From assembly GCA_016782605.1 (NCBI GenBank), contig JADHYE010000002.1, positions 48,067 to 112,066 of the forward strand: DNA of 64,000 nucleotides, in the 5' to 3' direction. Both the position numbers and the translations under genes were made by a program. This document shows, piece by piece, positions 17,246 through 27,298 of this stretch. Source of the stretch: Minisyncoccota bacterium (lineage in GTDB: Bacteria; Patescibacteriota; Minisyncoccia; Minisyncoccales; RBG-13-42-11). Each line of letters starts with the position of its first letter. Within the stretch, counting starts at the first letter, position 1. Below the pieces are notes generated by a model, which worked only from the letters and a program-made list of their open reading frames with translations, ran no database searches and had not been told where the DNA came from.

Positions 17246-18610
17246 TTATTTTCCCAGCTTATTCTTAAAAAGCTCAACTAAGTCTTTTGTTTTTACTCTT
17301 TCTTGTTTCATAGTGTCGCGGTTACGGACGGTCAAGTCATCATTTTTTAAAGTTTCAAAATCTATGGTTAAACAGAAAATCGTACCAACCTCGTCTTGAC
17401 GGCGATATCTTCTGCCTATTGAACCTAATTCATCGTACTGACAAACAAAATGAGGCTTTAAAAGTTGATAAATCTCTTTGGCTTTTTTGGTTAACTCCTG
17501 CTTGTTTTTAACCAAAGGAAGAACTGCTATTTTCACCGGCGCCAAACTTTTATCCAGCTTAAGTGTCACCTCCGTTTCTTTTGTCGATTCTGTTGTTTTC
17601 GTCCTGCCGCCTTTTGTTTCGGAATAAGCGTCAATTAAAAAAGTCAAAAAGCTTCTGTCGGCGCCAGCTGAAGTTTCAATGATGTAAGGATAGTACTTTT
17701 CTTTTATTTCCTCGTCAAAGTAGCGCAAATCCTGCCTGGAATGCTTTGCGTGGTTTGATAAATCCCAATCCCCCCTGTCGTGGATACCTTCAATTTCTTT
17801 CCAACCGAAAGGAAACTTATATTCAATGTCAGCCGCTCTTTTGGCGTAATGCGCCAGATCTGATTTTTCCACTTCTCTAAAGCGCAAATTCTCTTTTTTC
17901 ACGCCAAGCTTTAAATACCAATCCATTCTTGATTTTTTCCAGTTTTCAAAGAATTTGTCAGCTGTTTTCGGATGGCAAAACCACTGCATTTCCATCTGTT
18001 CAAATTCTCGAGTTCTATAAACGAAGTTACCCGGAGTAATCTCATTCCTAAAAGCTTTGCCGATCTGAGCTATACCAAAAGGAACTTTCAGGCGCATCGA
18101 ATTTAAAACATTAAGAAAATTAAGATATATCCCCTGGCAGGTTTCCGCCCTCAGATAAGTAGCAACTGCTTCATTTTCAAGAGAACCGACGAAAGTTTTC
18201 ATCATTAAATTGAATTTCTTCGCTTCTGTCAGTTCGCCGCCGCATTCTGGACACCCCGCACCAGAACCTTCGGTTCGGTACGGGGCAGGCTTTTTATTCT
18301 GGATTTCATCTAATTTAAATCTCTTGTGGCATTTCTTGCATTCAACCAGCTCATCGGCAAATCCGGCACTCAAATGGCCTGAAGCCTGCCAAACTTGAGG
18401 AGACATTAAAATAGCTGCATCCAAGCCGACAATATTCTCCTGCTTTTTTGTCATCTCATCCCACCAAGCTTTCTTGATATTATTCTTCATTTCCGTTCCC
18501 AAAGGCCCGAAATCATAGCAAGAACCAAAACCGCCGTAAATCTCTGAAGATTGAAAGATAAAACCACGCCTCTTGGTCAATGAAATGATTTTTTCCAAAA
18601 GATTTTCCAT
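17246..18610 (-). CDS. glyQS: glycine--tRNA ligase (alpha2 type)
   Basis: RRGFIFQSSEIYGG and the class II core. Start is probably ATG 18610 (MENLLEKI), 1 nt after the upstream stop. The track start is 18640. Confidence 0.92.
   Translation of the reverse strand: MENLLEKIISLTKRRGFIFQSSEIYGGFGSCYDFGPLGTEMKNNIKKAWWDEMTKKQENIVGLDAAILMSPQVWQASGHLSAGFADELVECKKCHKRFKLDEIQNKKPAPYRTEGSGAGCPECGGELTEAKKFNLMMKTFVGSLENEAVATYLRAETCQGIYLNFLNVLNSMRLKVPFGIAQIGKAFRNEITPGNFVYRTREFEQMEMQWFCHPKTADKFFENWKKSRMDWYLKLGVKKENLRFREVEKSDLAHYAKRAADIEYKFPFGWKEIEGIHDRGDWDLSNHAKHSRQDLRYFDEEIKEKYYPYIIETSAGADRSFLTFLIDAYSETKGGRTKTTESTKETEVTLKLDKSLAPVKIAVLPLVKNKQELTKKAKEIYQLLKPHFVCQYDELGSIGRRYRRQDEVGTIFCLTIDFETLKNDDLTVRNRDTMKQERVKTKDLVELFKNKLGK
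18254..18289 (-). repeat. D-family palindromic element inserted in frame in glyQS
   Basis: Minus strand CCTGCCCCGTACCGAACC-GAA-GGTTCTGGTGCGGGG, 36 nt. Encodes PAPYRTEGSGAG between the KCHKRF and CPECGG zinc knuckles. Confidence 0.8.
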
Positions 18611-18611
18611 A

Positions 18612-20288
18612 TTAGCGAACAATGCTCTTTTCATAGCCAACGCTTGAATCGTCCGGCAAACCAGTATTAATTGAAGGGCTGGTAGTCTGCAAGGTTTCGC
18701 CAGTCCACTGGTCCTGACCGCTGATCCTTGCTTCGTTAATTAAGACAGGTGTCTGGCCCATCTGGCTTGAATCCGGCCAAAAGGAAATCTGGAATGAAAT
18801 ATTTGGCGCTTGATTCAAAATTCCCTGGCCGGCTGACAAATCTCCGATGTTCCAAACTATTTCCTTGGATTGGGAATCAAAAGTGAAATTGTTTTTTTGT
18901 TCTTCCGGAAACATCTTGCCCGTCAAACTGACATTGCTAGGTAAAGTAGCTTTGACCTTAACGTCTTTCATATCGTTGTAATAATTCTTAACCTGCCAGG
19001 AGATTGTGTAGGTGGTTGATTGTCCGACAGTCGGCGGAAGAGGGCCTGAGTTTCCAAAAACCTCATCATTAAAATACCCTTTTTGGAAAACAGCCAGTTT
19101 TGAATTAACTTTGTTGGTGAATATTTCTTTGACCTGACTCAAAAAGATCGTTGAAGTAATCTGCGGATTCGCCTCTGACGGGCTTTTAATTTCCTGGAAG
19201 TCTTTCAATTTTATCCAGAATTCAACCTTGCCTTCTTCCTGCGGATGCAAGAACTGAAGCTTGCTTACTCTTCTCCAGTCCCAAATTATGGAATTATCGC
19301 CCGAAGTGAAATCGCCGTCCAGAGTCTTGGTAGTAACAAAATCAAACGAAGAGCCGCTTAAGGTAACCAGCATGAACATATCGTTCAAAGCTTCTTCGCC
19401 AATGTTCTTGAAGAAAATCTCATAATGGAGCAAATCGCCCGGGTTAGCGACAAACTTCGGATTACCGTTGATTTCCTGAGTGATGTACAAAGTGGGCTTA
19501 ATAATAGATATTCCTTTTGACACATCCCTCAAAATAATGAAGTTGCCGTCTTTCCAGCTGCCCAGCTTCGCCCTAAAAATCTTTTCTTCTCCGATGGTAC
19601 CGGAAAGCTTGCCTGAAATTTGGATTCTACCTCCCTGGGTTTTATTCAAAAGGCCGATTTCCCATTCTGTTTTTTCCAGAGACTTAGGGTTAGAATCGAC
19701 AAACTCAAAACCCGAAGGATATTCAACCATTATCCTCAAGTCGGAAAGCGGATAATCGATATTCGAGAAATAATTCAAATTAAGGCTGAATATTTTACCA
19801 GATTCAATTTTTGCCGGCAAATCAAATTCCAAATTAAGAGGAATTTTCTTGATTATTGTCGTGAATGAAGTTTTTGATGTATAGCGGGCTCTTAAATTCT
19901 TTGGAGAATAACTCAGAGAAACCTTAGCTTCCTTAACTTCTCCTTCCTTACCCATAAGCCGTCCTTTAAAAATGAAAGTTTTTTCCTGACCGGGATAAAT
20001 CGCTCCTCCCAGTTCTTCTGACTTTTTAACCACCCTTAAAGAGGTATAGTCTGTGGGCACAGCATACTCAGGATAGTCAAAAATTAACTCGGGCTCTTCC
20101 AAATTAACATTCCCGTTGTTCTTATATTTGACAACGTATTCAATCTCCTGAAGCAATTCTGTTTCTTCCGGTCCCAGAATCTCAAACTTCAAGACTTCTT
20201 TCGAATAAACGTTTCTCTGGTAATAATAAAAACCGATAATCCCTACGACTACCGCCAAAACGATGATAAAAATAGTAAGTTTTCTCAT
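18612..20288 (-). CDS. membrane-anchored hypothetical protein, probable surface/beta-sandwich repeat protein
   Basis: 558 aa with an N-terminal TM (LTIFIIVLAVVVGIIGFYYY). The rest is beta-rich and repetitive. No enzyme motif was seen. Confidence 0.6.
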   Translation of the reverse strand: MRKLTIFIIVLAVVVGIIGFYYYQRNVYSKEVLKFEILGPEETELLQEIEYVVKYKNNGNVNLEEPELIFDYPEYAVPTDYTSLRVVKKSEELGGAIYPGQEKTFIFKGRLMGKEGEVKEAKVSLSYSPKNLRARYTSKTSFTTIIKKIPLNLEFDLPAKIESGKIFSLNLNYFSNIDYPLSDLRIMVEYPSGFEFVDSNPKSLEKTEWEIGLLNKTQGGRIQISGKLSGTIGEEKIFRAKLGSWKDGNFIILRDVSKGISIIKPTLYITQEINGNPKFVANPGDLLHYEIFFKNIGEEALNDMFMLVTLSGSSFDFVTTKTLDGDFTSGDNSIIWDWRRVSKLQFLHPQEEGKVEFWIKLKDFQEIKSPSEANPQITSTIFLSQVKEIFTNKVNSKLAVFQKGYFNDEVFGNSGPLPPTVGQSTTYTISWQVKNYYNDMKDVKVKATLPSNVSLTGKMFPEEQKNNFTFDSQSKEIVWNIGDLSAGQGILNQAPNISFQISFWPDSSQMGQTPVLINEARISGQDQWTGETLQTTSPSINTGLPDDSSVGYEKSIVR

Positions 20289-20392
20289 ATACCGAGTTTT
20301 TATTTATAAGTTCGATGAGATAAATCTCATCTCTCACTCAATTCATATTTATCTCTCGAACGCGAAATGAAATAAATATTTCATTGAGCAAA

Positions 20393-20426
20393 CGAAGGTG
20401 AAGAAGAGGACTAAGGCCTCTTCGCC
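20393..20426 (+). repeat. E-family partial copy
   Basis: cgaaggtgaagaagagg-actaagg-cctcttcgcc shares gaaggtgaagaag plus a hairpin with 1347-1379. Confidence 0.55.
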
Positions 20427-20444
20427 TTTAATTATATTAGCAAA

Positions 20445-21173
20445 TTATTGGGTTTCCTTCAAAATCTCGGAAAAATAATAATTAGATATTTCCTTTAATG
20501 AATCTAAATCTTCTTTTTCGACTTTTAATCTTGGTAAAGCTGATAAGTCCTTTTTTAACAAAATTCTGATTAATTTTATCGCATTCAGGCTTATCGGATT
20601 TTCCAGTTTTTCAGTTTTGCCGCAGTTATTGCATATCAGCCCTCCTTTTTTAAAACTGAAATAGATTTTCTCTGGAATTAGCTTTTTATTACAAGAAGCG
20701 CAGCGATAAAATTCAATCTGATAGCCCAATAAAGAAAGAAAATTCCAAAGAAAATAATGATAAACTAAATTGCGTGTTTCGGTTTTTATCTTCCGATCAT
20801 TCAGCTTTTCAAAAGTTTCTTTAATTAACCACCAGAGTTTTTCGTCCGGTTCCTGACCCTTCAGCAAGCTATCTGAAATTTCAGCAATCTTGAAAGCAAT
20901 AGCTACAGATTTTAGGCTTTTTCTCAATTTGCCAAAACTTTCAATCAAAATCGCATCTGTCAAAGTTTTATAAGCTTTGCCCTGAATAAACTCAATTTCC
21001 GAAAGATAGAAAAGTTCCAGGCCAGCTCTTAACTTTGATGTAATTTTCCTTTCCGCTCTGGCCAATAATTCCAATTTGCCGAAATCTTTGGTAAAAAAAG
21101 TGAAAAGACGATCCGCTTCTCCGACATCTTTCTTTTTTAAAATGAATCCTTGTGTCCGGTAGTGGGTAAACAT
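20445..21173 (-). CDS. recO: DNA repair protein RecO
   Basis: 242 aa. N-terminal OB region (GFILKKKDVGEADRLFTFFT) and a CxxC...CxxC zinc module. Confidence 0.85.
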   Translation of the reverse strand: MFTHYRTQGFILKKKDVGEADRLFTFFTKDFGKLELLARAERKITSKLRAGLELFYLSEIEFIQGKAYKTLTDAILIESFGKLRKSLKSVAIAFKIAEISDSLLKGQEPDEKLWWLIKETFEKLNDRKIKTETRNLVYHYFLWNFLSLLGYQIEFYRCASCNKKLIPEKIYFSFKKGGLICNNCGKTEKLENPISLNAIKLIRILLKKDLSALPRLKVEKEDLDSLKEISNYYFSEILKETQ

Positions 21174-22025
21174 TTAAAATTTCTCGATAACTTCTTCAAA
21201 AGAATCCAAACGCTCTTTCAGCTTTGGATGCACCTGATATTTTTTAAGTTCCTCTATCTGTTTTTTGACTGAGTCGATAAAATTATAAAACGACTCTTCC
21301 TGTCTTTCTGGATTATCCAAATTGTTTTTTATTTCTTCTTCTGACATTGAAAGATAAAAAAGCGGAATGTTATTGATGTTCCCCTTTTTTAACTCCATTT
21401 TGCCAGCCTTTTTTTCTAAAAAAATGCCGTATCTAAGGTTGGCTCCGCCTTTATACCGGTTTATTTCAGAAACTTTATTCTTTTTCTTTTCAAACGTTTC
21501 TCCACTATTAACTCCTACCTCATCAAAGGCGCAAACTATATTTCCGGTTTCTCTTTCTAAAATTATATTGTCTATATTATTTTCAAAGTCATCATATTCT
21601 GAAGTTCTGGTTACAATAAAATCTTTCCTTAATTTTTTATGAAAAATAGAAGTTGTCAACATTTCAAAAACCTCGCCCGTAGATACACCCTTTAATGCTT
21701 CTTCTTTAGGATGAGCCCATGCCGATAAATTTCTGCCAATATCCGCTTCTTTAAATCTCTTTTTTAAATCTTTAACGCGCGCCTTGTGCGATTCAACCAA
21801 TGAATCCCCATGAGTTTTTCTGAAATCATCCATATTAATCCTTGCTTTTTCGTTAATAGGAATACCCTCTTGTCTCAATTCCTCAAACATTTTCTTCATG
21901 TAATCCTTTAACTCTCTTATCCTGTCTTTTTTTTCGCCCCGTTCTTGCTGCTTTTCCAATACTTCGCTCTCATTTTTCTCAAATTCAGGAGTTGGTTTTA
22001 TAAGTTGTGGTTCTTTTTCTAACAT
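21174..22025 (-). CDS. hypothetical protein (283 aa)
   Basis: Long ORF abutting recO. Charged, no recognisable motif. Confidence 0.55.
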   Translation of the reverse strand: MLEKEPQLIKPTPEFEKNESEVLEKQQERGEKKDRIRELKDYMKKMFEELRQEGIPINEKARINMDDFRKTHGDSLVESHKARVKDLKKRFKEADIGRNLSAWAHPKEEALKGVSTGEVFEMLTTSIFHKKLRKDFIVTRTSEYDDFENNIDNIILERETGNIVCAFDEVGVNSGETFEKKKNKVSEINRYKGGANLRYGIFLEKKAGKMELKKGNINNIPLFYLSMSEEEIKNNLDNPERQEESFYNFIDSVKKQIEELKKYQVHPKLKERLDSFEEVIEKF

Positions 22026-22026
22026 A

Positions 22027-24900
22027 TTATATTTTTTTAATCACCAGTAATATATTCTGCCCGCCAATTGCAACTTCTTTTTCCATATCAAAACCTTCTT
22101 GTGCCTCTCCTGAAATCAAATCTTTTACCCTAGCTTCCTTTAAAATAAAATCCCTATTTTTAGCTAAAATATTACCAAGTTCGCCACTGCCAGAATAGCT
22201 TACTAAGATTTCATCTTTCGGTTTTAAGCCGGCTTTCTTTCTCATTTCCTGAATGTTTCGGATCAATTCTCTGACTGTTCCTTCTTCTTTCAGTTCCGCG
22301 CTAATCTCAGTATCTAATTCCACTTCTTTCTTTATCTTATTGTCAAAAACCACTTCTTTTACATTTACCTCCTCTTTTATTAAATCCAGTAATCCTGAAT
22401 CAAATTTTAATTTCACGTTTTTTACCTTCAAGCTCTGTAAGGGCTGTCTTGTTTTAATGCCGACCGAAGCTCTTTCTGTCAAAGTTAAAGCAACTATCTC
22501 TCTAACTTTTTGCATTTTCTCTTCAAGGTCATTCATAATATATTTTTTATTAACTCCTGGCCATTCGATTAAATGAACTGATTCTGGCATTCCGTCTTTT
22601 TTGAACTTCTGGTAGTTTTCTTCGGCAAAAAACGGCATTATCGGAGCTATTATGTTCAATAAATTAACAATAATACAGTAAAGGGTTTGAGAAGCTTCTC
22701 TTTTTTCTTCCGGATTATCCGGTTTTTGGAAGCGCTTTCTCGATCTGCGGATATACCACAAAGACAAATCATTTATGAAAAAATCTTCAATGGCCAAGGT
22801 CGCTGACATTACGTCGTAACCATCCAAATCCTTTGTCACCTTGGCTATTAAATTGTTCAAACGGGAAAGAATCCAAGTATCCAAGCAGTTCTTGCTTTCA
22901 ACAATATTTTCTTTATCAGAATATTCTTCGGCAGAAATGTAAGTAGTAAAGAATTCAATGGAATTGTATAAAGTCAAAAGTTTCCTTTTCGTCTCTTCGG
23001 CAAGCTTGTAGCCAAAATTAAGATTATAAGCCGGATTCTGCTTGGCATAAAGCCATCTCATAGGATCTGCTCCTATCTTCTCAACCGCTTCGTCAAACCA
23101 AATGGCATTACCCTTGGACTTGTGCATCTCTTCCCCTTTTTCATCGCGAACCAACGCGTATCCGAAAATCGTTTTTGTCGGATTTTTCTTTTCCAAAACC
23201 ATACTCATAACAATCAAAGAATAAAACCAGTTTTTGAATTGGCCGGGGAAAGACTCGCAAATCAAATCAGCCGGAAACCATTTTTTCCAATAATTCTTGT
23301 CAGTGGAATATCCCATGGTGGAAAAGGAAACAATTCCAGCATCCAGCCACGGATTGCCGACGTCAGGAATACGGGAAATTAATTTGCCGCATTTTGAACA
23401 TTTGATTTTAACTTTATCCACCCATGGCCGATGAGGAGAATTTCCCTCAAAATCCTGCCAGCCTTCAACTGCTCTTTTTTTCAATTCTTCTTTTGAACCA
23501 ATAACTTCAAAATGTCCGCAGGAACATTCAAAAATCGGCAAAGCTAATCCCCAATATCTTTTTTTAGAAATCAGCCAGTCCTGCATATTCTTTAACCAAT
23601 CCAACTCTCTTTCCAAACCGAAAGAAGGCAACCATTTTATCTTTTTAACTATATGCATCAATGGCTTTCTCAGTTTCTCCATGGAAATATACCATTCATC
23701 AACTAAACGGAATATCAAATCTTCCTTACAGCGCCAACAGGTCGGATACCGGTGCTTGTAATTTTCAATTCGGTAAACAACATTCTTGTTTCTTAAATCA
23801 TCAAAAATCATTTCATTAACTTCTGCTGCCAGATTTCCGGTTAAAAATCCGAATCCTTCTTTATATCTGCTTTCATCATTTAAAGGATCAATGACAGGAA
23901 GATTGAATTTCTTGCCGAGCTGAAAGTCCTCTTGTCCACAACCAGGAGCAATATGGACGATACCCGTTCCTTCTTCTTCTGAAACTTCATCCCACAGTAT
24001 GACTTTATGTTTAAAATTACCTAAAGTCTCTTTAACTGCCGGCAATTCGTCAAACATTCCCCCGTACTCCAACCCTTCCAAATCTTTTCCCGGAAACTCT
24101 CTGATTATTTCTAACTTCCCGAAAATTCCTGCTTTGTCTTTTTGCAAAATGAGAATATCGTTGTCTTCACTCTTAATTTCGGTATAAATCAATTTCGGAT
24201 TTACAGCTATTGCCACGTTCGCTGGCAACGTCCAAGGAGTAGTTGTCCAAACCAAAAGATATGTCTTTTCTTGCCCAATAACAGGCAACTTAACAAAAAC
24301 TGATCTATGGGTGATTTCCTGGTATTCTTCTGTTAAAATCTCGTGCTGGGAAATGGCTGTGCCACAACGAATGCACCAGGGAACAACGTCTCTTCCTTTG
24401 TAGAGCAGTTCGTCTTTCCAGCATTTCTTTAAAAAATTCCAAATAGCGTAGTTGTTATCATCAGACATCGTATAATATGAATTATCCCAATCCATCCACT
24501 GGCCCAATCTGATTGACTGTTCTGTTTGAACTTTAGAATACTTCCTGACCCTTTCTTTACATTTGTTGACAAAATTGGCTATGCCGTATTTTTCAATGTC
24601 TTTTTTGTTTTTAAATCCGAGCTCTTTTTCCACTTCTACTTCAACCCAAAGACCCTGGCAGTCAAAGCCGTTCTGAAACCTCTGATCAAAGCCCTGAAGA
24701 GCCTTGTATCTCTGGAAAACGTCCTTGTAAGTCCTTCCCCAGGCATGATGAACACCCATCGGATTGTTGGCGGTTATCGGACCGTCCAAAAAAGACCATC
24801 GTTTCTTATCCTGGTTTTTCTTTCTCAGTTTTTCAAAAATCCTGTTCTCCTGCCAAAATTTCAGTATTTTCTGCTCTATTTGGGGGAAATTTAATTCCAT
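22027..24900 (-). CDS. ileS: isoleucine--tRNA ligase
   Basis: 957 aa with a class I core and KMHKSKGN (KMSKS variant). Confidence 0.95.
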   Translation of the reverse strand: MELNFPQIEQKILKFWQENRIFEKLRKKNQDKKRWSFLDGPITANNPMGVHHAWGRTYKDVFQRYKALQGFDQRFQNGFDCQGLWVEVEVEKELGFKNKKDIEKYGIANFVNKCKERVRKYSKVQTEQSIRLGQWMDWDNSYYTMSDDNNYAIWNFLKKCWKDELLYKGRDVVPWCIRCGTAISQHEILTEEYQEITHRSVFVKLPVIGQEKTYLLVWTTTPWTLPANVAIAVNPKLIYTEIKSEDNDILILQKDKAGIFGKLEIIREFPGKDLEGLEYGGMFDELPAVKETLGNFKHKVILWDEVSEEEGTGIVHIAPGCGQEDFQLGKKFNLPVIDPLNDESRYKEGFGFLTGNLAAEVNEMIFDDLRNKNVVYRIENYKHRYPTCWRCKEDLIFRLVDEWYISMEKLRKPLMHIVKKIKWLPSFGLERELDWLKNMQDWLISKKRYWGLALPIFECSCGHFEVIGSKEELKKRAVEGWQDFEGNSPHRPWVDKVKIKCSKCGKLISRIPDVGNPWLDAGIVSFSTMGYSTDKNYWKKWFPADLICESFPGQFKNWFYSLIVMSMVLEKKNPTKTIFGYALVRDEKGEEMHKSKGNAIWFDEAVEKIGADPMRWLYAKQNPAYNLNFGYKLAEETKRKLLTLYNSIEFFTTYISAEEYSDKENIVESKNCLDTWILSRLNNLIAKVTKDLDGYDVMSATLAIEDFFINDLSLWYIRRSRKRFQKPDNPEEKREASQTLYCIIVNLLNIIAPIMPFFAEENYQKFKKDGMPESVHLIEWPGVNKKYIMNDLEEKMQKVREIVALTLTERASVGIKTRQPLQSLKVKNVKLKFDSGLLDLIKEEVNVKEVVFDNKIKKEVELDTEISAELKEEGTVRELIRNIQEMRKKAGLKPKDEILVSYSGSGELGNILAKNRDFILKEARVKDLISGEAQEGFDMEKEVAIGGQNILLVIKKI

Positions 24901-25033
24901 ACCCTGTATATCAACATCCAGGCATTTTCAATGCGAAAACATCCTGAAGATTGTTTTTATTTAATAATATATTCAACATAATAACTTTAATTAAACTTTT
25001 AATGCGAAGCATTCTGGATGTTGTATTACGGGG
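24901..25033. repeat. C-family long-stem element C1
   Basis: accctgtatatcaacatccag (24901-24921) pairs with ctggatgttgtattacgggg (25014-25033), with a 3x3 internal loop. Small hairpins gcatt-ttc-aatgc and aatgc-gaa-gcatt sit just inside each arm. The element fills the whole gap between the upstream stop and the ileS ATG. Confidence 0.8.
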
Positions 25034-25037
25034 CATA

Positions 25038-25613
25038 TTAATTAACCTTTCTTAATTCACCCACTTTGATAAAGTTTTTTTTGTAGAAAACCTCTTTTAA
25101 AAGCTTCTGATTGCTTATCTTCTTGATTATGCCCTCAAACAGCCACAAAGGATCGCCGTGACCGACAATTAAAATTTTCTTGTTTTTGTATTTTCTATCA
25201 ATATCATTTAAAAAACTGAGCATTCTCTTTTTAAGGTCAGCCCAGCTCTCTCCCTCAGGGGGCCTTTTAGAAAACTTTCTTTTCTTGTAATTGAAAAACT
25301 TGTAATATTCTTCTTTAAGTCTGCCGTGAAAAACGCCAAGATTTACGTCTCTAAGCCTTTTGTCAAAATTTATTTTCTTAATATTTAATTCTCTTGAAGC
25401 GATTTTTGCGGTTTCTTTTGTCCTGTAAAAATCAGAAGAATAAATGAAATCTATTTTTTCTTTTTTAATTCTTTTCAAACTTCTTTTTACCTGATCTTTC
25501 CCTTTTTGTGTCATTTTAATCGAGAAATTGTCCCTCAAAGGATAAATAAATCTCTTTTTTTTAACCTGATAAACGTTTTCTCCGTGCCGTATAATAAAAT
25601 AATGGTTATTCAT
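25038..25613 (-). CDS. histidine phosphatase (phosphoglycerate mutase-like) family protein
   Basis: YFIIRHGE catalytic RHG motif and ILIVGHGD. ATG 25613 is preferred over track start 25646, which overlaps argS. Confidence 0.75.
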   Translation of the reverse strand: MNNHYFIIRHGENVYQVKKKRFIYPLRDNFSIKMTQKGKDQVKRSLKRIKKEKIDFIYSSDFYRTKETAKIASRELNIKKINFDKRLRDVNLGVFHGRLKEEYYKFFNYKKRKFSKRPPEGESWADLKKRMLSFLNDIDRKYKNKKILIVGHGDPLWLFEGIIKKISNQKLLKEVFYKKNFIKVGELRKVN

Positions 25614-25617
25614 ATAA

Positions 25618-27171
25618 TTACATCTTTTCCGGAGCAGAAATGCCAATTAAAGACAAAACACTCTTTAAGATTATTTTAGTTGCCAAAGATAATCCCAAAC
25701 GAGCTTCAGACAAATGAACGTCTTCTGAAATGACCCGGCAATCATGGTAAAACTGATGGAAGGAAGCAGCTAAATCCAAAGCATATTGAGGAATCCTTTG
25801 AACCTGATAATCTTTTGCCGTATCTTCAATGATTTCCGGAAACTTAATTAATTGTTTGATAAGCCCTAATTCAGACGGATGATTCAAAAGTTTCAAGTTC
25901 TTAATCGCTGGCTTTAATTTATGATTCTCATTTTTCAGTTTCCTTAAAATACTGCAAATTCTGGCATGAGCATACTGTACATAATAAACAGGGTTTTTAT
26001 CTGACTGGTCTTTGGCCAATGCTACGTCAAATTCCATCTGGGTATCGGGCGACTTCATTAAATATATGAATCTGACTGCGTCTGCGCCGGCTTCGTTAAT
26101 CAGCCATTCCAAGGTTATCACTTTCCCCTTTCTTTTGGACATCTTTTCTCCTTTTAACCTGACAACCTGGGTTATCAGAAAAACCAGCTCCCCTTTGTAA
26201 TCAAGTATCCTACTTACTGCTTTTATCTTGTTAACGTGCCCTTGATGGTCAGCGCCCCAGATATTGATTATTTTGTCGTATTTCCTATCAAACCTGTCTT
26301 TGTGATAGGCAATATCAGGTAAAAGGTAAGTAAAGTCTCCTGTTTCCCTGACAATAACCCAGTCTTTTGAATCGCCAAAAGCTGAAGTTCTTAGCCATTG
26401 GGCGTTGTCTCTCTCGTAGACCAAGCGCTGTTTTTTAAGCCAATCATATATCTTAGTTATCTTTCCTTTTTGATATAAATCTTTTTCTTCAGAAACCCAG
26501 AAATCAAACCTAATCTTCAGTTTCTTCTCAATAAAATCTTTAATGTCTTTTTGGACTGCCTGAGCCAAAAAAGAACCCGCATCCCTTTCATTCTTGCACT
26601 TGCTGATTTCTGGCTTTAATTTATTTATCTTTTTCTCAAGGTATTCATTCAAATAAGTTGTCCCTTCTCCCAAAGCTGTTTTGCCCAATTCCTTAATCTG
26701 GGAGCTGCTTTTGGCATCATTAGCATAGTGAGAGCGAAAAACCTTAAACCCGCTCTTTTTAAAAACATTGGCCAATGTTTCACCTAAAAAAGCGCCTCTA
26801 CCATGACCGATATGCAATTCTCCTGTGGGATTGGCGCAAATATATTCAATGTCTATTTTTTTATTTTTGCCGATTTCTAAGTTTCCGAATTTATCTTCCT
26901 TTTTTAAAATTTCTTCGGCTTTGTTTTGTAAATACTCTTTTGAAAGAAAAAAATTGATAAAGCCGTTTTTCACTTCAATTCTATCTAAAATGTCGGATTT
27001 TATATTGTCAGCTATCTCCTGAGGATCCTTTTTTAGCACCATTGCCACGTTGCTCGTATAATCGCCAAAAGCAGGCTCTGTTGGCCTGTCTATTTTAACT
27101 TCAACTTCCTGTTTGTACAGCTTTTTTATCGCTTTTTCAAGCAAATTTTTGACCTCATTTCTGGCTGTCAT
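25618..27171 (-). CDS. argS: arginine--tRNA ligase
   Basis: 517 aa with ANPTGELHIGHGR and a C-terminal DALR-type anticodon-binding region. Confidence 0.93.
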   Translation of the reverse strand: MTARNEVKNLLEKAIKKLYKQEVEVKIDRPTEPAFGDYTSNVAMVLKKDPQEIADNIKSDILDRIEVKNGFINFFLSKEYLQNKAEEILKKEDKFGNLEIGKNKKIDIEYICANPTGELHIGHGRGAFLGETLANVFKKSGFKVFRSHYANDAKSSSQIKELGKTALGEGTTYLNEYLEKKINKLKPEISKCKNERDAGSFLAQAVQKDIKDFIEKKLKIRFDFWVSEEKDLYQKGKITKIYDWLKKQRLVYERDNAQWLRTSAFGDSKDWVIVRETGDFTYLLPDIAYHKDRFDRKYDKIINIWGADHQGHVNKIKAVSRILDYKGELVFLITQVVRLKGEKMSKRKGKVITLEWLINEAGADAVRFIYLMKSPDTQMEFDVALAKDQSDKNPVYYVQYAHARICSILRKLKNENHKLKPAIKNLKLLNHPSELGLIKQLIKFPEIIEDTAKDYQVQRIPQYALDLAASFHQFYHDCRVISEDVHLSEARLGLSLATKIILKSVLSLIGISAPEKM

Positions 27172-27221
27172 ATTAGTTATTTTAGCTTATTTCATTTAAA
27201 AATTAAAGGATTTAATGTTAA

Positions 27222-27286
27222 ACCCCGTTAGATATTAATAAAATAATGAATCAATCTTAGGTGTTTACAACTTTATCTAACGGGGT
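27222..27286. repeat. A-family long-stem element A3
   Basis: accccgttagata (27222-27234) pairs with tatctaacggggt (27274-27286). Confidence 0.8.
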
Positions 27287-27298
27287 AAACTTAAATTA

